From the NCBI GenBank assembly GCA_904387305.1, contig CAJFLB010000005.1, forward strand, positions 6,704-70,703: a DNA stretch of 64,000 nt. The letters run 5' to 3'. This DNA is from an uncultured Clostridia bacterium. GTDB lineage: Bacteria; Bacillota; Clostridia; TANB77; CAG-508. Of this stretch, positions 36,638 to 46,652 are shown piece after piece. A program made the position numbers and the translations under genes. The first letter of the stretch is position 1; each line of letters begins with the position of its first letter. The notes below the pieces were generated by a model. The model did not search any database and was not told where the DNA came from. It saw only the letters and a program-made list of their open reading frames with translations.

Positions 36638-38875
36638 TTAAATTCTTTCATGAATTGTTCTATTAATAACATCTAATTGTTGTTCTCTTGTTAATTTTGT
36701 GAAGTTTACAGCATATCCAGATACTCTAATTGTTAATTGAGGATAATTTTCTGGATGTTCCATAGCATCAATTAATAAACTTCTATCGAAAACATTTACA
36801 TTGATATGATGTCCTGTTTGTTTGAAATATCCATCTAACATATTTACTAAGTTTGTAACTCTTGTATCTTCATCTTTTCCCAATGTTTTAGGTGTAATTG
36901 AGAATGTATATGAAATTCCGTCTTCTGCAAAATCAAATGGTAATTTTGCAATAGAATTCATAACAGCTAAAGCACCATTTGTATCTCTTCCATGTAATGG
37001 ATTTGCACCAGGTCCAAATGGAGCTCCCATTCTTCTTCCATCAGGAGTATTTCCTGTAGCTTTTCCATAAACGACATTTGATGTAATGGTAAGAATAGAT
37101 AAAGTATGTTTAGAATTTCTATAAGTTGGATATCTTTTTAATTTATTCATAAATGTTTTTACGATGTCAACAGCAATACTGTCTACTCTTTCATCATCAT
37201 TACCGAATTTAGGATAATCACCTTCGATTTCATAATCAACAGCTAATCCAGTTTCATCTCTGATAACTTTTACTTTTGCATATTTGATTGCAGAAAGTGA
37301 GTCAGCAACAACTGATAAACCAGCAATACCACAAGCCATTGTTCTGATAATATCTTTATCATGAAGCGCCATTTCAATTGCTTCATAACAATATTTGTCA
37401 TGCATGTAGTGGATAGCATTTAATGCTTTAATATAAATTTTAGCTACATAATCCATCATTTGATTGAATTTTTCCATAACTTCATCATAATCTAAATATT
37501 CAGAAGTAATTGGAGCAAATTTTGGAGTAACTTGTTTTCCAGACATTTCGTCTCTACCACCATTGATAGCATATAATAAAGTTTTTGCTAAGTTTGCTCT
37601 TGCGCCAAAGAATTGCATTTGTTTACCAATTTTCATTGGAGAAACACAACAAGCAATTCCATAATCATCTCCTAAGGTGATTCTCATTAAATCATCACTT
37701 TCATATTGAATAGAAGATGTTCTGATAGATAAATCTGTTGTATATCTTTTAAATCCTTCTGGTAAATTTACAGACCATAAAACAGTTAAGTTTGGTTCTG
37801 GAGCTGGTCCTAAATTTTCTAGTGTATGAAGAATTCTAAAAGAGTTTTTTGTAACTAAAGTTCTTCCATCGATTCCCATACCACCAATACTTTCTGTTAC
37901 CCATACAGGGTCACCACTAAATAATTCATTATATTCAGGTGTTCTTAAGAAACGAACCAATCTTAATTTCATAACGAAATGGTCCATGATTTCTTGAATT
38001 TCTTCTTCTGTGATTGTTCCATTTTCTAAATCTCTTTCAAAATATATATCTAAAAAAGTAGAAGTTCTACCTAGACTCATAGCTGCACCATCTTGAGATT
38101 TCACAGCACCTAAATATCCAAAGTATAACCATTGAACAGCTTCTTTACTGTTGGTTGCAGGTTTAGAAATATCAAAACCATATTTTAAAGCCATTGCTTT
38201 TAAATCATTTAAAGCTTTAATTTGTTCACTGATTTCTTCTCTTTCACGAATAACTTCTTCACTTAAACAATCAACATTTAATATGTCTAAATCTTTTTTC
38301 TTTTCTTCAATTAATACATCAACACCATAAAGGGCAACTCTTCTGTAATCACCAATAATTCTTCCTCTACCATATCCATCTGGTAATCCAGTAAGTAGGT
38401 GAGCACTTCTAGCAGCTCTAATATCTGGTGTGTATACACTAAATACACCATCATTATGTGTTTTTCTATATTTGTGGAAAATTTCTTCAACTTCGTCATC
38501 CACTTTTTTATCATAAGCTTCACAAGCTTTTTCTACAATACGAATTCCTCCATAAGGCATAATGGCTCTTTTTAATGGAGCATCTGTTTGAAGTCCTACG
38601 ATTTCTTCTAAGTCTTTATTAATATATCCAGGTTCATAGGCATTTACACTAGAAATAGTTTTTGTGTCTATATCTAGTACACCACCCTTAGAAGCTTTCT
38701 CTTTTTTGTAAAGTTCTAGTACTTCGTCCCACAATTTTTTTGTTTTTTCTGTAGGTCCAGCCAAAAATGTTGAATCTCCTTCATAAGGTGTGTAGTTTCT
38801 TTGAATGAAATCTCTTACATTGATTTCGTTTTGCCAATCACCTTTTTCAAATCCTTCCCATTGTTCAAATTTCAT
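36638..38875 (-). CDS. pflB: Formate C-acetyltransferase (pyruvate formate-lyase)
   Basis: Active-site IACCVSPM and glycyl-radical motif RVSGYAVNF. Confidence 0.95.
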   Translation of the reverse strand: MKFEQWEGFEKGDWQNEINVRDFIQRNYTPYEGDSTFLAGPTEKTKKLWDEVLELYKKEKASKGGVLDIDTKTISSVNAYEPGYINKDLEEIVGLQTDAPLKRAIMPYGGIRIVEKACEAYDKKVDDEVEEIFHKYRKTHNDGVFSVYTPDIRAARSAHLLTGLPDGYGRGRIIGDYRRVALYGVDVLIEEKKKDLDILNVDCLSEEVIREREEISEQIKALNDLKAMALKYGFDISKPATNSKEAVQWLYFGYLGAVKSQDGAAMSLGRTSTFLDIYFERDLENGTITEEEIQEIMDHFVMKLRLVRFLRTPEYNELFSGDPVWVTESIGGMGIDGRTLVTKNSFRILHTLENLGPAPEPNLTVLWSVNLPEGFKRYTTDLSIRTSSIQYESDDLMRITLGDDYGIACCVSPMKIGKQMQFFGARANLAKTLLYAINGGRDEMSGKQVTPKFAPITSEYLDYDEVMEKFNQMMDYVAKIYIKALNAIHYMHDKYCYEAIEMALHDKDIIRTMACGIAGLSVVADSLSAIKYAKVKVIRDETGLAVDYEIEGDYPKFGNDDERVDSIAVDIVKTFMNKLKRYPTYRNSKHTLSILTITSNVVYGKATGNTPDGRRMGAPFGPGANPLHGRDTNGALAVMNSIAKLPFDFAEDGISYTFSITPKTLGKDEDTRVTNLVNMLDGYFKQTGHHINVNVFDRSLLIDAMEHPENYPQLTIRVSGYAVNFTKLTREQQLDVINRTIHERI

Positions 38876-39246
38876 AATATTAAAACCCCTCCTTAATTAA
38901 GAATAAAATGAAATATAATTAATAATAATTATAAATAAATTCATTTCATTTTCCTTATTCATTATTATTATCATTTTGACCACATAATATGATACCATAT
39001 CTGCGAAATATAATCAATCCAAAATGAAAATAATTTGATAAACTTGTAAAATTATGTCGAAATAAGGAAAATGTTATGGCATAATTTGTATCAAATTTAA
39101 ACAGCATATCTTTTGTATAAAAGATAATAGATAATTTCTATTATTAATTACATTTGCAGATTAATCATATGAATAAAATTTGAAAAAATCTGTTGCAAAA
39201 GCAACAAAAAACCAATATTTTTTCAATATTGGTTTTTCATATGAAT

Positions 39247-39573
39247 TTATTCAGATTCTGCAATGATTTTTGCAATTTTATAAATTAATCTTTGCTTATG
39301 GGCTGGGCAACTGCTTAATAAATCAGAGAATTCTTTAGACAAGTAATTTTCTGAATCGCTAGAAGTACCACTTAAAATATATCCTTCTGAAACATCTAAT
39401 AAATTACAAATTTGTGTTAATCTTTTTAAATTGATATGAGAATTTCCTCTTTCAACTCTACTTAAGAACGCAACAGAAACATCTATTTTTTCAGATAATT
39501 CTTCTTGTGTATAGTTTTTTGCAAGTCTTGCTTGTTTTATTCTTTGACCAATAATATTATAATCTAATGCCAT
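39247..39573 (-). CDS. XRE-family HTH transcriptional regulator
   Basis: IGQRIKQARLAKNYTQEELSEKIDVSVAFLSRVERG. ATG 39573 lies 8 nt after AGGAAGG (the track start is an upstream GTG). Confidence 0.8.
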   Translation of the reverse strand: MALDYNIIGQRIKQARLAKNYTQEELSEKIDVSVAFLSRVERGNSHINLKRLTQICNLLDVSEGYILSGTSSDSENYLSKEFSDLLSSCPAHKQRLIYKIAKIIAESE

Positions 39574-39714
39574 ATATATCACCTTCCTAATCTTTTAATT
39601 ACAAAATAAATACAAAGTATAAGTTTACTCTGTAGTCTACGAGAATACTATATAATATAAAAAGAAAAAAGTCAAGGATTTTATGGTAAAAGCTAAAATA
39701 TACCTGTTAGAGAT

Positions 39715-39960
39715 GTTACAGTTCAGACCTATGTACACAAGTGGAAAGCATTCATAAATGATTTATTACTCGGCTCAATACAATATTTAAGAATTTGTAA
39801 CATAATTTATTGCGCCTCTTTCACTCAGACCCTCACTACGTGAGTACCGTGAACATCCCTCAATAAATTATCTAACAAATTCTAAAATATCTCCAATCGC
39901 ATTCGTAATTAAATCATTTATGAATGCTTTCCACTTGTGTACATAGGTCTGAACTGTAAC
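39715..39960. mobile_element. 246-bp three-level nested inverted repeat (LIR-3)
   Basis: Outer arms GTTACAGTTCAGACCTATGTACACAAGTGGAAAGC..., middle arms ATTCATAAATGATTTATTAC / GTAATTAAATCATTTATGAAT (same as LIR-2), inner arms TATTTAAGAATTTGTAACATAATTTATTG / CAATAAATTATCTAACAAATTCTAAAATA, G+C-richer core 39811-39860. Confidence 0.75.
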
Positions 39961-40185
39961 CTAGAAATTGGTTTTGAACTGTAACGATTGATAGGACACC
40001 TATGGAAAAGTAAGGAAAAACAAGAAAAAAAGAGATTTTGAAAGAAAAAATACTAATAAAAAGAAAAGAAAATTGAAAATTCAGAATAATTTTGTTTTTT
40101 TATCTAAGATTATGTATACAAGGTTTGAAAAAAGGCAGAATATATAGTATAATATAGCCTAGCTGCGTAAAAAACATAAAGGAGA

Positions 40186-41193
40186 GTGGATTTTATTTTA
40201 AAAAAGAAACTAAAATTTTATACAAAAGAGTTTCTAAAATTTTTTAACATTACAATTATAGCTTTGGGGATTATTATCGCGATTATTTTAATAAAATATA
40301 AACCAATGTATAAAGTAAGTATTTCTGGTGAAGAACTTGGATATGTAGAAGATAAACAAGCATTAGAAGAAACTTTAAAAGAGGAAATTACAGAAAGTTC
40401 TGATAAAACAATAGAAGATGTTAGCTTAAATAAAGAACCAGAATATGAGTTAAAATTAGTCAATAGAACAGAAAATACAGAGGAGAAAGAGGTTGTAGAA
40501 GAATTAAAAGAGGAAACAACAGTTACTTATAAATACTATGAGATAGCAGTGCAAGAAAATGTTGTTGAAAAAGTAAATACAAGTGAAGAAGCAGAAGAAT
40601 TGGTAAATGAAATAAAGCAAGAAAATAATAGTGAAGAAGTTGGATTAAGTATTGTAGAAAAATATACACAAAATGAAGAAGAAGCCAATACATCAGATTT
40701 GGAAGTTGCAAAAGCAAATGTTCAAGAAACAGTACAAATTGCTATAGAAAAAATAAAACAACAAAAAGAAGAGGAAGAAAGATGGAATGCATTACCAAGT
40801 ATTAATGGTATTAAGTTAGCCGTAACGCCAATTGAAGGTAGAATTACTTCTAGATATGGGGTAAGCAGTCGTATTAGAAAATCAACACATACAGGATTAG
40901 ACATTTCAGCCGTAAAAGGGACAGATATAAAAGTAGTAGCAGATGGTACAGTGATTAGTGCAGAATATAGTGGATCTTATGGTTACTTAGTAAAAGTAGA
41001 TCATGGAAATGGTGTAGAAACTTGGTATGCACATACAAGTAAAATGTATGTAAAAAAAGGAGATACCGTAAAAGCAGGAGATGTCATAGCAGCAGTTGGT
41101 TCAACAGGAAATTCGACAGGACCACATTTGCATTTAGAAATTAGAGTAAATGGAGAACATGTTGATCCACAAGATTATTTATACAAGAATTAA
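40186..41193 (+). CDS. M23-family peptidoglycan endopeptidase with N-terminal membrane anchor
   Basis: HTGLDISA...DHGNGVETWYAH...GNSTGPHLHLEIR LytM-type motifs. The start codon is uncertain (GTG 1 nt after GGAG). Confidence 0.85.
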   Translation: MDFILKKKLKFYTKEFLKFFNITIIALGIIIAIILIKYKPMYKVSISGEELGYVEDKQALEETLKEEITESSDKTIEDVSLNKEPEYELKLVNRTENTEEKEVVEELKEETTVTYKYYEIAVQENVVEKVNTSEEAEELVNEIKQENNSEEVGLSIVEKYTQNEEEANTSDLEVAKANVQETVQIAIEKIKQQKEEEERWNALPSINGIKLAVTPIEGRITSRYGVSSRIRKSTHTGLDISAVKGTDIKVVADGTVISAEYSGSYGYLVKVDHGNGVETWYAHTSKMYVKKGDTVKAGDVIAAVGSTGNSTGPHLHLEIRVNGEHVDPQDYLYKN

Positions 41194-41194
41194 A

Positions 41195-41224
41195 ATACAA
41201 GTATGAAAGTGCTTGTATTTTTTT
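41195..41224 (+). terminator. Rho-independent terminator
   Basis: ATACAAG / CTTGTAT stem followed by TTTTTTT. Confidence 0.7.
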
Positions 41225-41269
41225 GTTTAGTTCAAAGTACCTTTCCAGAATGGGACTTTGGACTGTAAC
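41225..41269. repeat. Miniature hairpin with LIR-type tips
   Basis: GTTTAGTTCAAAGTACC ... GGACTTTGGACTGTAAC; the right tip CTGTAAC matches the LIR-1 and LIR-3 tips. Confidence 0.45.
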
Positions 41270-41422
41270 ATATTGTCAAAAAAACTGAAAAATATCTTTT
41301 ATATATTATTGACATTTCATTCCAATCATATATAATGGTTTTGTTGAAATCTTTTATAAGAGAGTAATAGAAGGTTTTATAAAACATAGGGCAAATATCT
41401 ATTGCTCAAGAGGAGGTTATTT

Positions 41423-44035
41423 ATGAGTGATAACGTAAATGAAGAAAAAGAAATTGAACAAATGATTAATGAGTTAGTAGAAAAAGCAAAAGTAGCATCT
41501 CAAGAATATTTAAAATTAGACCAAGAAACAGTAAATAACATTACAAAAGCAATGGCAATGGCAGGTCTTGAAAATCATATGAGATTAGCAAAAATGGCAG
41601 TTGAAGAAACTAAAAGAGGAATTTATGAAGATAAGATTACAAAGAATATGTTTGCAACAGAATATATATATCATAGTATCAAATATGAAAAAACAGTAGG
41701 TATTATAGATGAAAATATAGAAGATGATTATGTAGAGATTGCAGAACCAATCGGAATTATAGCAGGGGTTACACCTGTTACAAATCCAACATCAACAACC
41801 ATGTTTAAATCTATCATATCAGCTAAAACCAGAAATGTTATTATATTTGGTTTCCATCCATCTGCACAAAAATGTAGTGTGGAAGCAGCCAAAATTTTAA
41901 GAGATGCAGCAGTAAAAGCAGGTGCACCAGAAAACTGTATATTATGGATTGAAAAACCAAGTATTACAGCTACAAGATTATTAATGAATCACCCAGATGT
42001 AAATTTAATTTTAGCAACAGGTGGGACAGGCATGGTTAAATCTGCTTATTCTTGCGGAAAACCGGCATTAGGTGTAGGACCTGGAAATGTTCCATGTTAT
42101 ATTGATAAAACAGCAAAATTAGAAACATCAGTAAACGATTTAGTTATGTCAAAAGCATTTGATAATGGTATGATTTGTGCATCTGAACAAGCCGTTATTA
42201 TTGATAAAGAAATTCAAAAAAGATTTGAAGAATTAATGAAAAAAGCAGGATGTTATTTTGTAAACGAAGAAGAAAAAGAAAAATTAGTAAATGGTATGTT
42301 TGAAAAATTAGAAAATGGAGATTATAAACTAAAATCACATGTACCAGGACAATATCCTCATACAATTGCAAAAGAAGCTGGATTTGAAATTCCAGAAGAC
42401 ACCAAAGTCATCGTTGTTCCTGAAACAGGTGTTGGAAAAGATTATCCATTCTCAAAAGAGAAATTAAGTCCAGTACTAACATACTATGTCGTAAAAGATG
42501 AAAACGAAGGAATACCATTAGCAGAAAAATTACTAGAATTTGGTGGATTAGGACATTCAGCAGTTATTCATTCTGAAAATAAAGACACGGTTTTAAGATT
42601 TTCAGAGACAATGAAAGCAGGAAGAATTATTGTGAACTCTCCATCAACACATGGAGCAATTGGTGATATATATAATACCAATATGCCATCATTAACATTG
42701 GGGTGTGGGTCATTTGGTGGAAATTCAACAACAGCCAATGTATCATCAGTAAACTTGATTAATGTAAAAAGAGTTGCAAATAGGAGGGTTAATATGCAAT
42801 GGTTTAAAGTTCCAGAAAAAATATATTTTGAAGCAGGTTCAATTGCTTATTTAGAGAAAATGCCAAATATTGAAAGAGCATTTATTGTAACAGATCCAGG
42901 AATGGTAAAATTAGGATATGTAGATAAAATCTTATATCATTTAAGAAATAGACAACATTATGTGCATTCAGAAATTTTTAGCGAAGTTGAGGCAGACCCA
43001 TCATTTGATACAATCATGAAAGGTGTTGAAGCAATGAAAAACTTCAAACCAGATGTCATTATTGCATTAGGTGGAGGAAGTCCAATTGATGCAGCAAAAG
43101 GAATGTGGCTATTCTATGAACATCCAGAAGCAGATGCAGAAGGATTAAAATTAAAATTTATGGATATCAGAAAACGTACCTATAAATTCCCTAAATTAGG
43201 AACAAAATGTCAAATGGTAGCTATACCAACAACATCAGGTACAGGTTCAGAGGTGACTTCATTTGCTGTTATTACAGATAAAGAAAAAAACAAAAAATAT
43301 CCATTAGCAGATTATGAATTAACACCAGATGTGGCGATTGTAGATCCAGACTTAGTTATGAGTTTACCAAAATCAATCACAGCAGATACAGGTATGGATG
43401 TGTTAACACACGCATTAGAAGCATATGTCTCAAATATGGCATCAGACTATACAGATGGACTAGCTGAAAAAGCAGTAGAATTGGTATTCCAATATTTAGA
43501 GCAAGCATATGATGATGGAACAAATAAATTGGCTCGTGAAAAAATGCACAATGCAAGTACCATTGCAGGTATGGCTTTCACAAATGCCTTTTTAGGAGTG
43601 AATCACTCAATAGCACATAAAATAGGTGCTGAATTCCATTTACCACATGGAAGAATTAATGCCATATTATTACCATATGTTGTAAGATATAATGCTACAA
43701 AACCAACAAAATTTGTTTCATTCCCTAAATATGAATATTTCATAGCAGACCAAAAATACTATGAAATAGCAAAAAAAGCAGGATTAAAAGCAAAAACTGT
43801 TGAAGAAGGAATTAGTAGCTTAATTGAAAAGATAAAAGAAATGAATGAACACATGAATATTCCAAAATCATTTAAAGATGCAGGAATTGATGAACAAGAA
43901 TTCCTATCAAAAGTAGATATGTTAGCAGATAGAGCATTTGAAGATCAATGTACAACAGCTAACCCAAGAGTACCATTAGTATCAGAAATAAAACAAATTT
44001 TATTAGATAGCTATTATGGAAAGGATGTAAGGTAA
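41423..44035 (+). CDS. adhE: Bifunctional acetaldehyde-CoA/alcohol dehydrogenase
   Basis: AGGAGG 6 nt before ATG 41423; ALDH domain with MICASEQ, Fe-ADH domain with GGGSPIDAAK and HSIAHKIG. Confidence 0.95.
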   Translation: MSDNVNEEKEIEQMINELVEKAKVASQEYLKLDQETVNNITKAMAMAGLENHMRLAKMAVEETKRGIYEDKITKNMFATEYIYHSIKYEKTVGIIDENIEDDYVEIAEPIGIIAGVTPVTNPTSTTMFKSIISAKTRNVIIFGFHPSAQKCSVEAAKILRDAAVKAGAPENCILWIEKPSITATRLLMNHPDVNLILATGGTGMVKSAYSCGKPALGVGPGNVPCYIDKTAKLETSVNDLVMSKAFDNGMICASEQAVIIDKEIQKRFEELMKKAGCYFVNEEEKEKLVNGMFEKLENGDYKLKSHVPGQYPHTIAKEAGFEIPEDTKVIVVPETGVGKDYPFSKEKLSPVLTYYVVKDENEGIPLAEKLLEFGGLGHSAVIHSENKDTVLRFSETMKAGRIIVNSPSTHGAIGDIYNTNMPSLTLGCGSFGGNSTTANVSSVNLINVKRVANRRVNMQWFKVPEKIYFEAGSIAYLEKMPNIERAFIVTDPGMVKLGYVDKILYHLRNRQHYVHSEIFSEVEADPSFDTIMKGVEAMKNFKPDVIIALGGGSPIDAAKGMWLFYEHPEADAEGLKLKFMDIRKRTYKFPKLGTKCQMVAIPTTSGTGSEVTSFAVITDKEKNKKYPLADYELTPDVAIVDPDLVMSLPKSITADTGMDVLTHALEAYVSNMASDYTDGLAEKAVELVFQYLEQAYDDGTNKLAREKMHNASTIAGMAFTNAFLGVNHSIAHKIGAEFHLPHGRINAILLPYVVRYNATKPTKFVSFPKYEYFIADQKYYEIAKKAGLKAKTVEEGISSLIEKIKEMNEHMNIPKSFKDAGIDEQEFLSKVDMLADRAFEDQCTTANPRVPLVSEIKQILLDSYYGKDVR

Positions 44036-44041
44036 TAAAGA

Positions 44042-44839
44042 ATGAAGTTAAAAAATATAGGTGAAAAAGTTCAAGGAAAATTACGAGAACTAGCTGAGGA
44101 AAGTAAAGGAAAAACACCAGAGGAACTACTTAAAAAGGAAGTTATTGAAGCAACAAAAGGCGAAGAATTATCAGAAGAAGAAAAAAGAAAAATACAGGCA
44201 GAAAATCTTGTAACCGTATTACAAGAAAATCCAGACATGCAACAGAAACTTGTGCAAGTGGCTGCGAAATCTGATGAAATTTCACAGGATGTTATTGATA
44301 CATCTGCTCAGATAGCAGCGCAAAGTTCTAAAGTTACGGATGATTTGACAGGAAAATTAGCAGAAAAAGCATCTGATGAAATAACTGTAGATATTTTAGA
44401 AAATGCAGGGATAGATTCTAGCGAAATTAGAATGGGTGTTATTGATTCACTAGAAGATAAAAACAAAAGGGAACAAGCAATTTGTAGCGAACTAGAAAAA
44501 TTATATAAATCACCAAAAGAATTGCAACTAGGAAAAGATATGACACAGAAAATGCAAGATATTTTAGATAAGCTAGGCGAAAATAAAAGAACAGATAAGA
44601 TTAATGAAGTGTTATATAAGACAATAGCTAAAGTTTTTGCAATTCAATATAATGAGTTCAATGGTGCTATCAGAATATATCCTATGGAGGAGTTTGTACC
44701 AATTGATGAAATGATTAGAGCCAAAATGCCTCAGCTTATAGAAGAAGAATATAAAAAAGTTGGTAAAGAAAAAATAATTAAAAAGAAAAAGAAGTCAATT
44801 TTTGAAAATCTTAAACCACGGAGAAAAGAAACCATTTAA
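44042..44839 (+). CDS. Hypothetical acidic protein (probably the 5' part of a frameshifted gene)
   Basis: Open frame directly after adhE; ends shortly after a K-rich run encoded by ATTAAAAAGAAAAAGAAG. Confidence 0.5.
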   Translation: MKLKNIGEKVQGKLRELAEESKGKTPEELLKKEVIEATKGEELSEEEKRKIQAENLVTVLQENPDMQQKLVQVAAKSDEISQDVIDTSAQIAAQSSKVTDDLTGKLAEKASDEITVDILENAGIDSSEIRMGVIDSLEDKNKREQAICSELEKLYKSPKELQLGKDMTQKMQDILDKLGENKRTDKINEVLYKTIAKVFAIQYNEFNGAIRIYPMEEFVPIDEMIRAKMPQLIEEEYKKVGKEKIIKKKKKSIFENLKPRRKETI

Positions 44840-45455
44840 TTTAGAGGATGTTACAAAAAGTTTCTTAAATCGAATGGCTAGTGAAGTCACAGGATCTGCT
44901 AAAAAAGAAAATAAAAGTGTTAGTGTGTTTATGAAAAATTTAGGAAATTTGACAGAAAGTGAATTAACATATTTAACAAGTCAATTTTTGAATTTGAATC
45001 CAGAGATAGGAACGATCGAGTTAGAAAAAATAGTGAAAATTGCTAAAGGAGAAATAGCAGAGGACGTTCCTGCTATACAAAAAATGCAAGAAGAAGATAT
45101 ATCTTTAAGGGAGTTAATTTTACAAAATACCGATAGTACCTTAGAAAATGAAAACAATGATACCATAAAAGAAAAAAGAGACACAGAACAGAAAACAGAG
45201 CAAAAAGAGGCCTTCGATTTATCAACATTAGGAACAGAAGAAACAAAAGCTATTAAAGATTGTATAGAATCTGGATTAATAGAAAATCTAGTAAAAGTTC
45301 CATCTACTATGAGAAAAAAATTGTTGGATACTATCAATCATTCTTTAGAACAAAGGACAAGAAAAATAGTAGAAATGGCAGAAAAGTCAAAGATAGTAAA
45401 TTTAGAAGATACACCAAAAGTCAAAAAAGCAGAATGGGGAGATGAGCCTAGATAA
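44802..45455 (+). CDS. Hypothetical protein (probably the 3' part of the same gene, +1 frame)
   Basis: Frame open from 44778, no ATG or RBS at its 5' end, overlaps the previous ORF by 38 nt. Confidence 0.45.
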   Translation: MKILNHGEKKPFNLEDVTKSFLNRMASEVTGSAKKENKSVSVFMKNLGNLTESELTYLTSQFLNLNPEIGTIELEKIVKIAKGEIAEDVPAIQKMQEEDISLRELILQNTDSTLENENNDTIKEKRDTEQKTEQKEAFDLSTLGTEETKAIKDCIESGLIENLVKVPSTMRKKLLDTINHSLEQRTRKIVEMAEKSKIVNLEDTPKVKKAEWGDEPR

Positions 45456-45479
45456 AAGCCAATTTGGCTTTTATTTTTT
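45454..45479 (+). terminator. Rho-independent terminator
   Basis: AAAAGCC / GGCTTTT stem followed by a T-run. Confidence 0.75.
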
Positions 45480-45602
45480 CCTCTTTTATAAGTTCATCAA
45501 AAAAACACAATTTAAATATGTTTTAGAAACAATTATAGGATAGTATATGCATATACTAAATAGGAACGAACATAAATATCCTATGAGGAGTTGTGATGAA
45601 AT

Positions 45603-46265
45603 ATGAAAAAAAATAAAATGAAAGAACTAGGAATCGTTGAGATGAAGAACTTTTTAAGTTATGATGAGAAAATAGAAGAAAAGACAAATACATTTGAAAA
45701 ATTAATGACAATTTACGATATGGCAATTACAGAATTAGAAACTAAAATGAATATATTACAAAAAGAATTTAAAGTATTTTATAACTATGATTTAATTGAT
45801 CATATTAACACAAGGATAAAACAACCAGATAGTATTATAAATAAAATGAAGAAAAAAGGTTGTGAACTTACATATAACGAAATGATAGAAAATATCAATG
45901 ATATTGCAGGTGTTCGAGTTGTATGTCAATTAAAAGATGACATATTTAAAATTAGAAATTTAATTGAAGAAATACCAGGAATTTACATTGAAAAAGAAAA
46001 AGACTATGTGAATCATCCGAAAGAAAGTGGATATTCCAGTTATCATATGATTGTAAAAGTGCCAGTGACTTTATCAAAACAAACTATATATGTAAAGGTT
46101 GAAATACAAATACGAACAATGGCGATGGATTTCTGGGCTAGTTTAGAGCATAAAATGAAATATAAAACAGATAAAGAAGTAAATAAGAAAACATCAAAAG
46201 AATTAGTCAATTATGCAAAAATTGTGAATAAAATGGATAATAAAATCATGTTAATGAATAATTAA
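45603..46265 (+). CDS. Small alarmone synthetase (RelA/SpoT-domain GTP pyrophosphokinase, RelQ/RelP class)
   Basis: INDIAGVRVVCQ, GYSSYHMIV, EIQIRTMAMDFWASLEHK motifs; about 220 aa single-domain protein. Confidence 0.85.
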   Translation: MKKNKMKELGIVEMKNFLSYDEKIEEKTNTFEKLMTIYDMAITELETKMNILQKEFKVFYNYDLIDHINTRIKQPDSIINKMKKKGCELTYNEMIENINDIAGVRVVCQLKDDIFKIRNLIEEIPGIYIEKEKDYVNHPKESGYSSYHMIVKVPVTLSKQTIYVKVEIQIRTMAMDFWASLEHKMKYKTDKEVNKKTSKELVNYAKIVNKMDNKIMLMNN

Positions 46266-46279
46266 AACATGGATGAATT

Positions 46280-46539
46280 GAGGGATTTTGGGGACGGACT
46301 CATTTTTCCCTTTTTTTAATATTAGAAAACTAGAAAAATATAGAATATAAAGTCATTCAACAATTTTGTATAAGCTAAATTTTCATAGAAATTCTACAAG
46401 AAAAACATGCGCCTCTCTCATTGTTGCTGTAAATCTTAAGCAAAATGAGCAGTCCTCATGCTTTTCTTTAGAATTTCTAAATTCAAATTTAGATACGCAA
46501 AATCGTTTCATTCCAAACAGAAACGTCCCCAAAAGGACA
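46280..46539. mobile_element. Second copy of the F1/F3 composite element
   Basis: Module B at 46280-46310, F3 hairpin 46334-46505 (same arms as 2635-2836), inverted module A at 46510-46539. Innermost hairpin 46406-46460 differs from copy 1 and is G+C-richer. Confidence 0.65.
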
Positions 46540-46652
46540 TTTTTTTTAAACAAAGAGAAGGATTTATGTAAAATACGTCGAATAATATAATTATGTATAG
46601 TTGTGTATACTTGTGTATACTTGTGTGAAATATTCTAAGAAAGGAGAAAATA

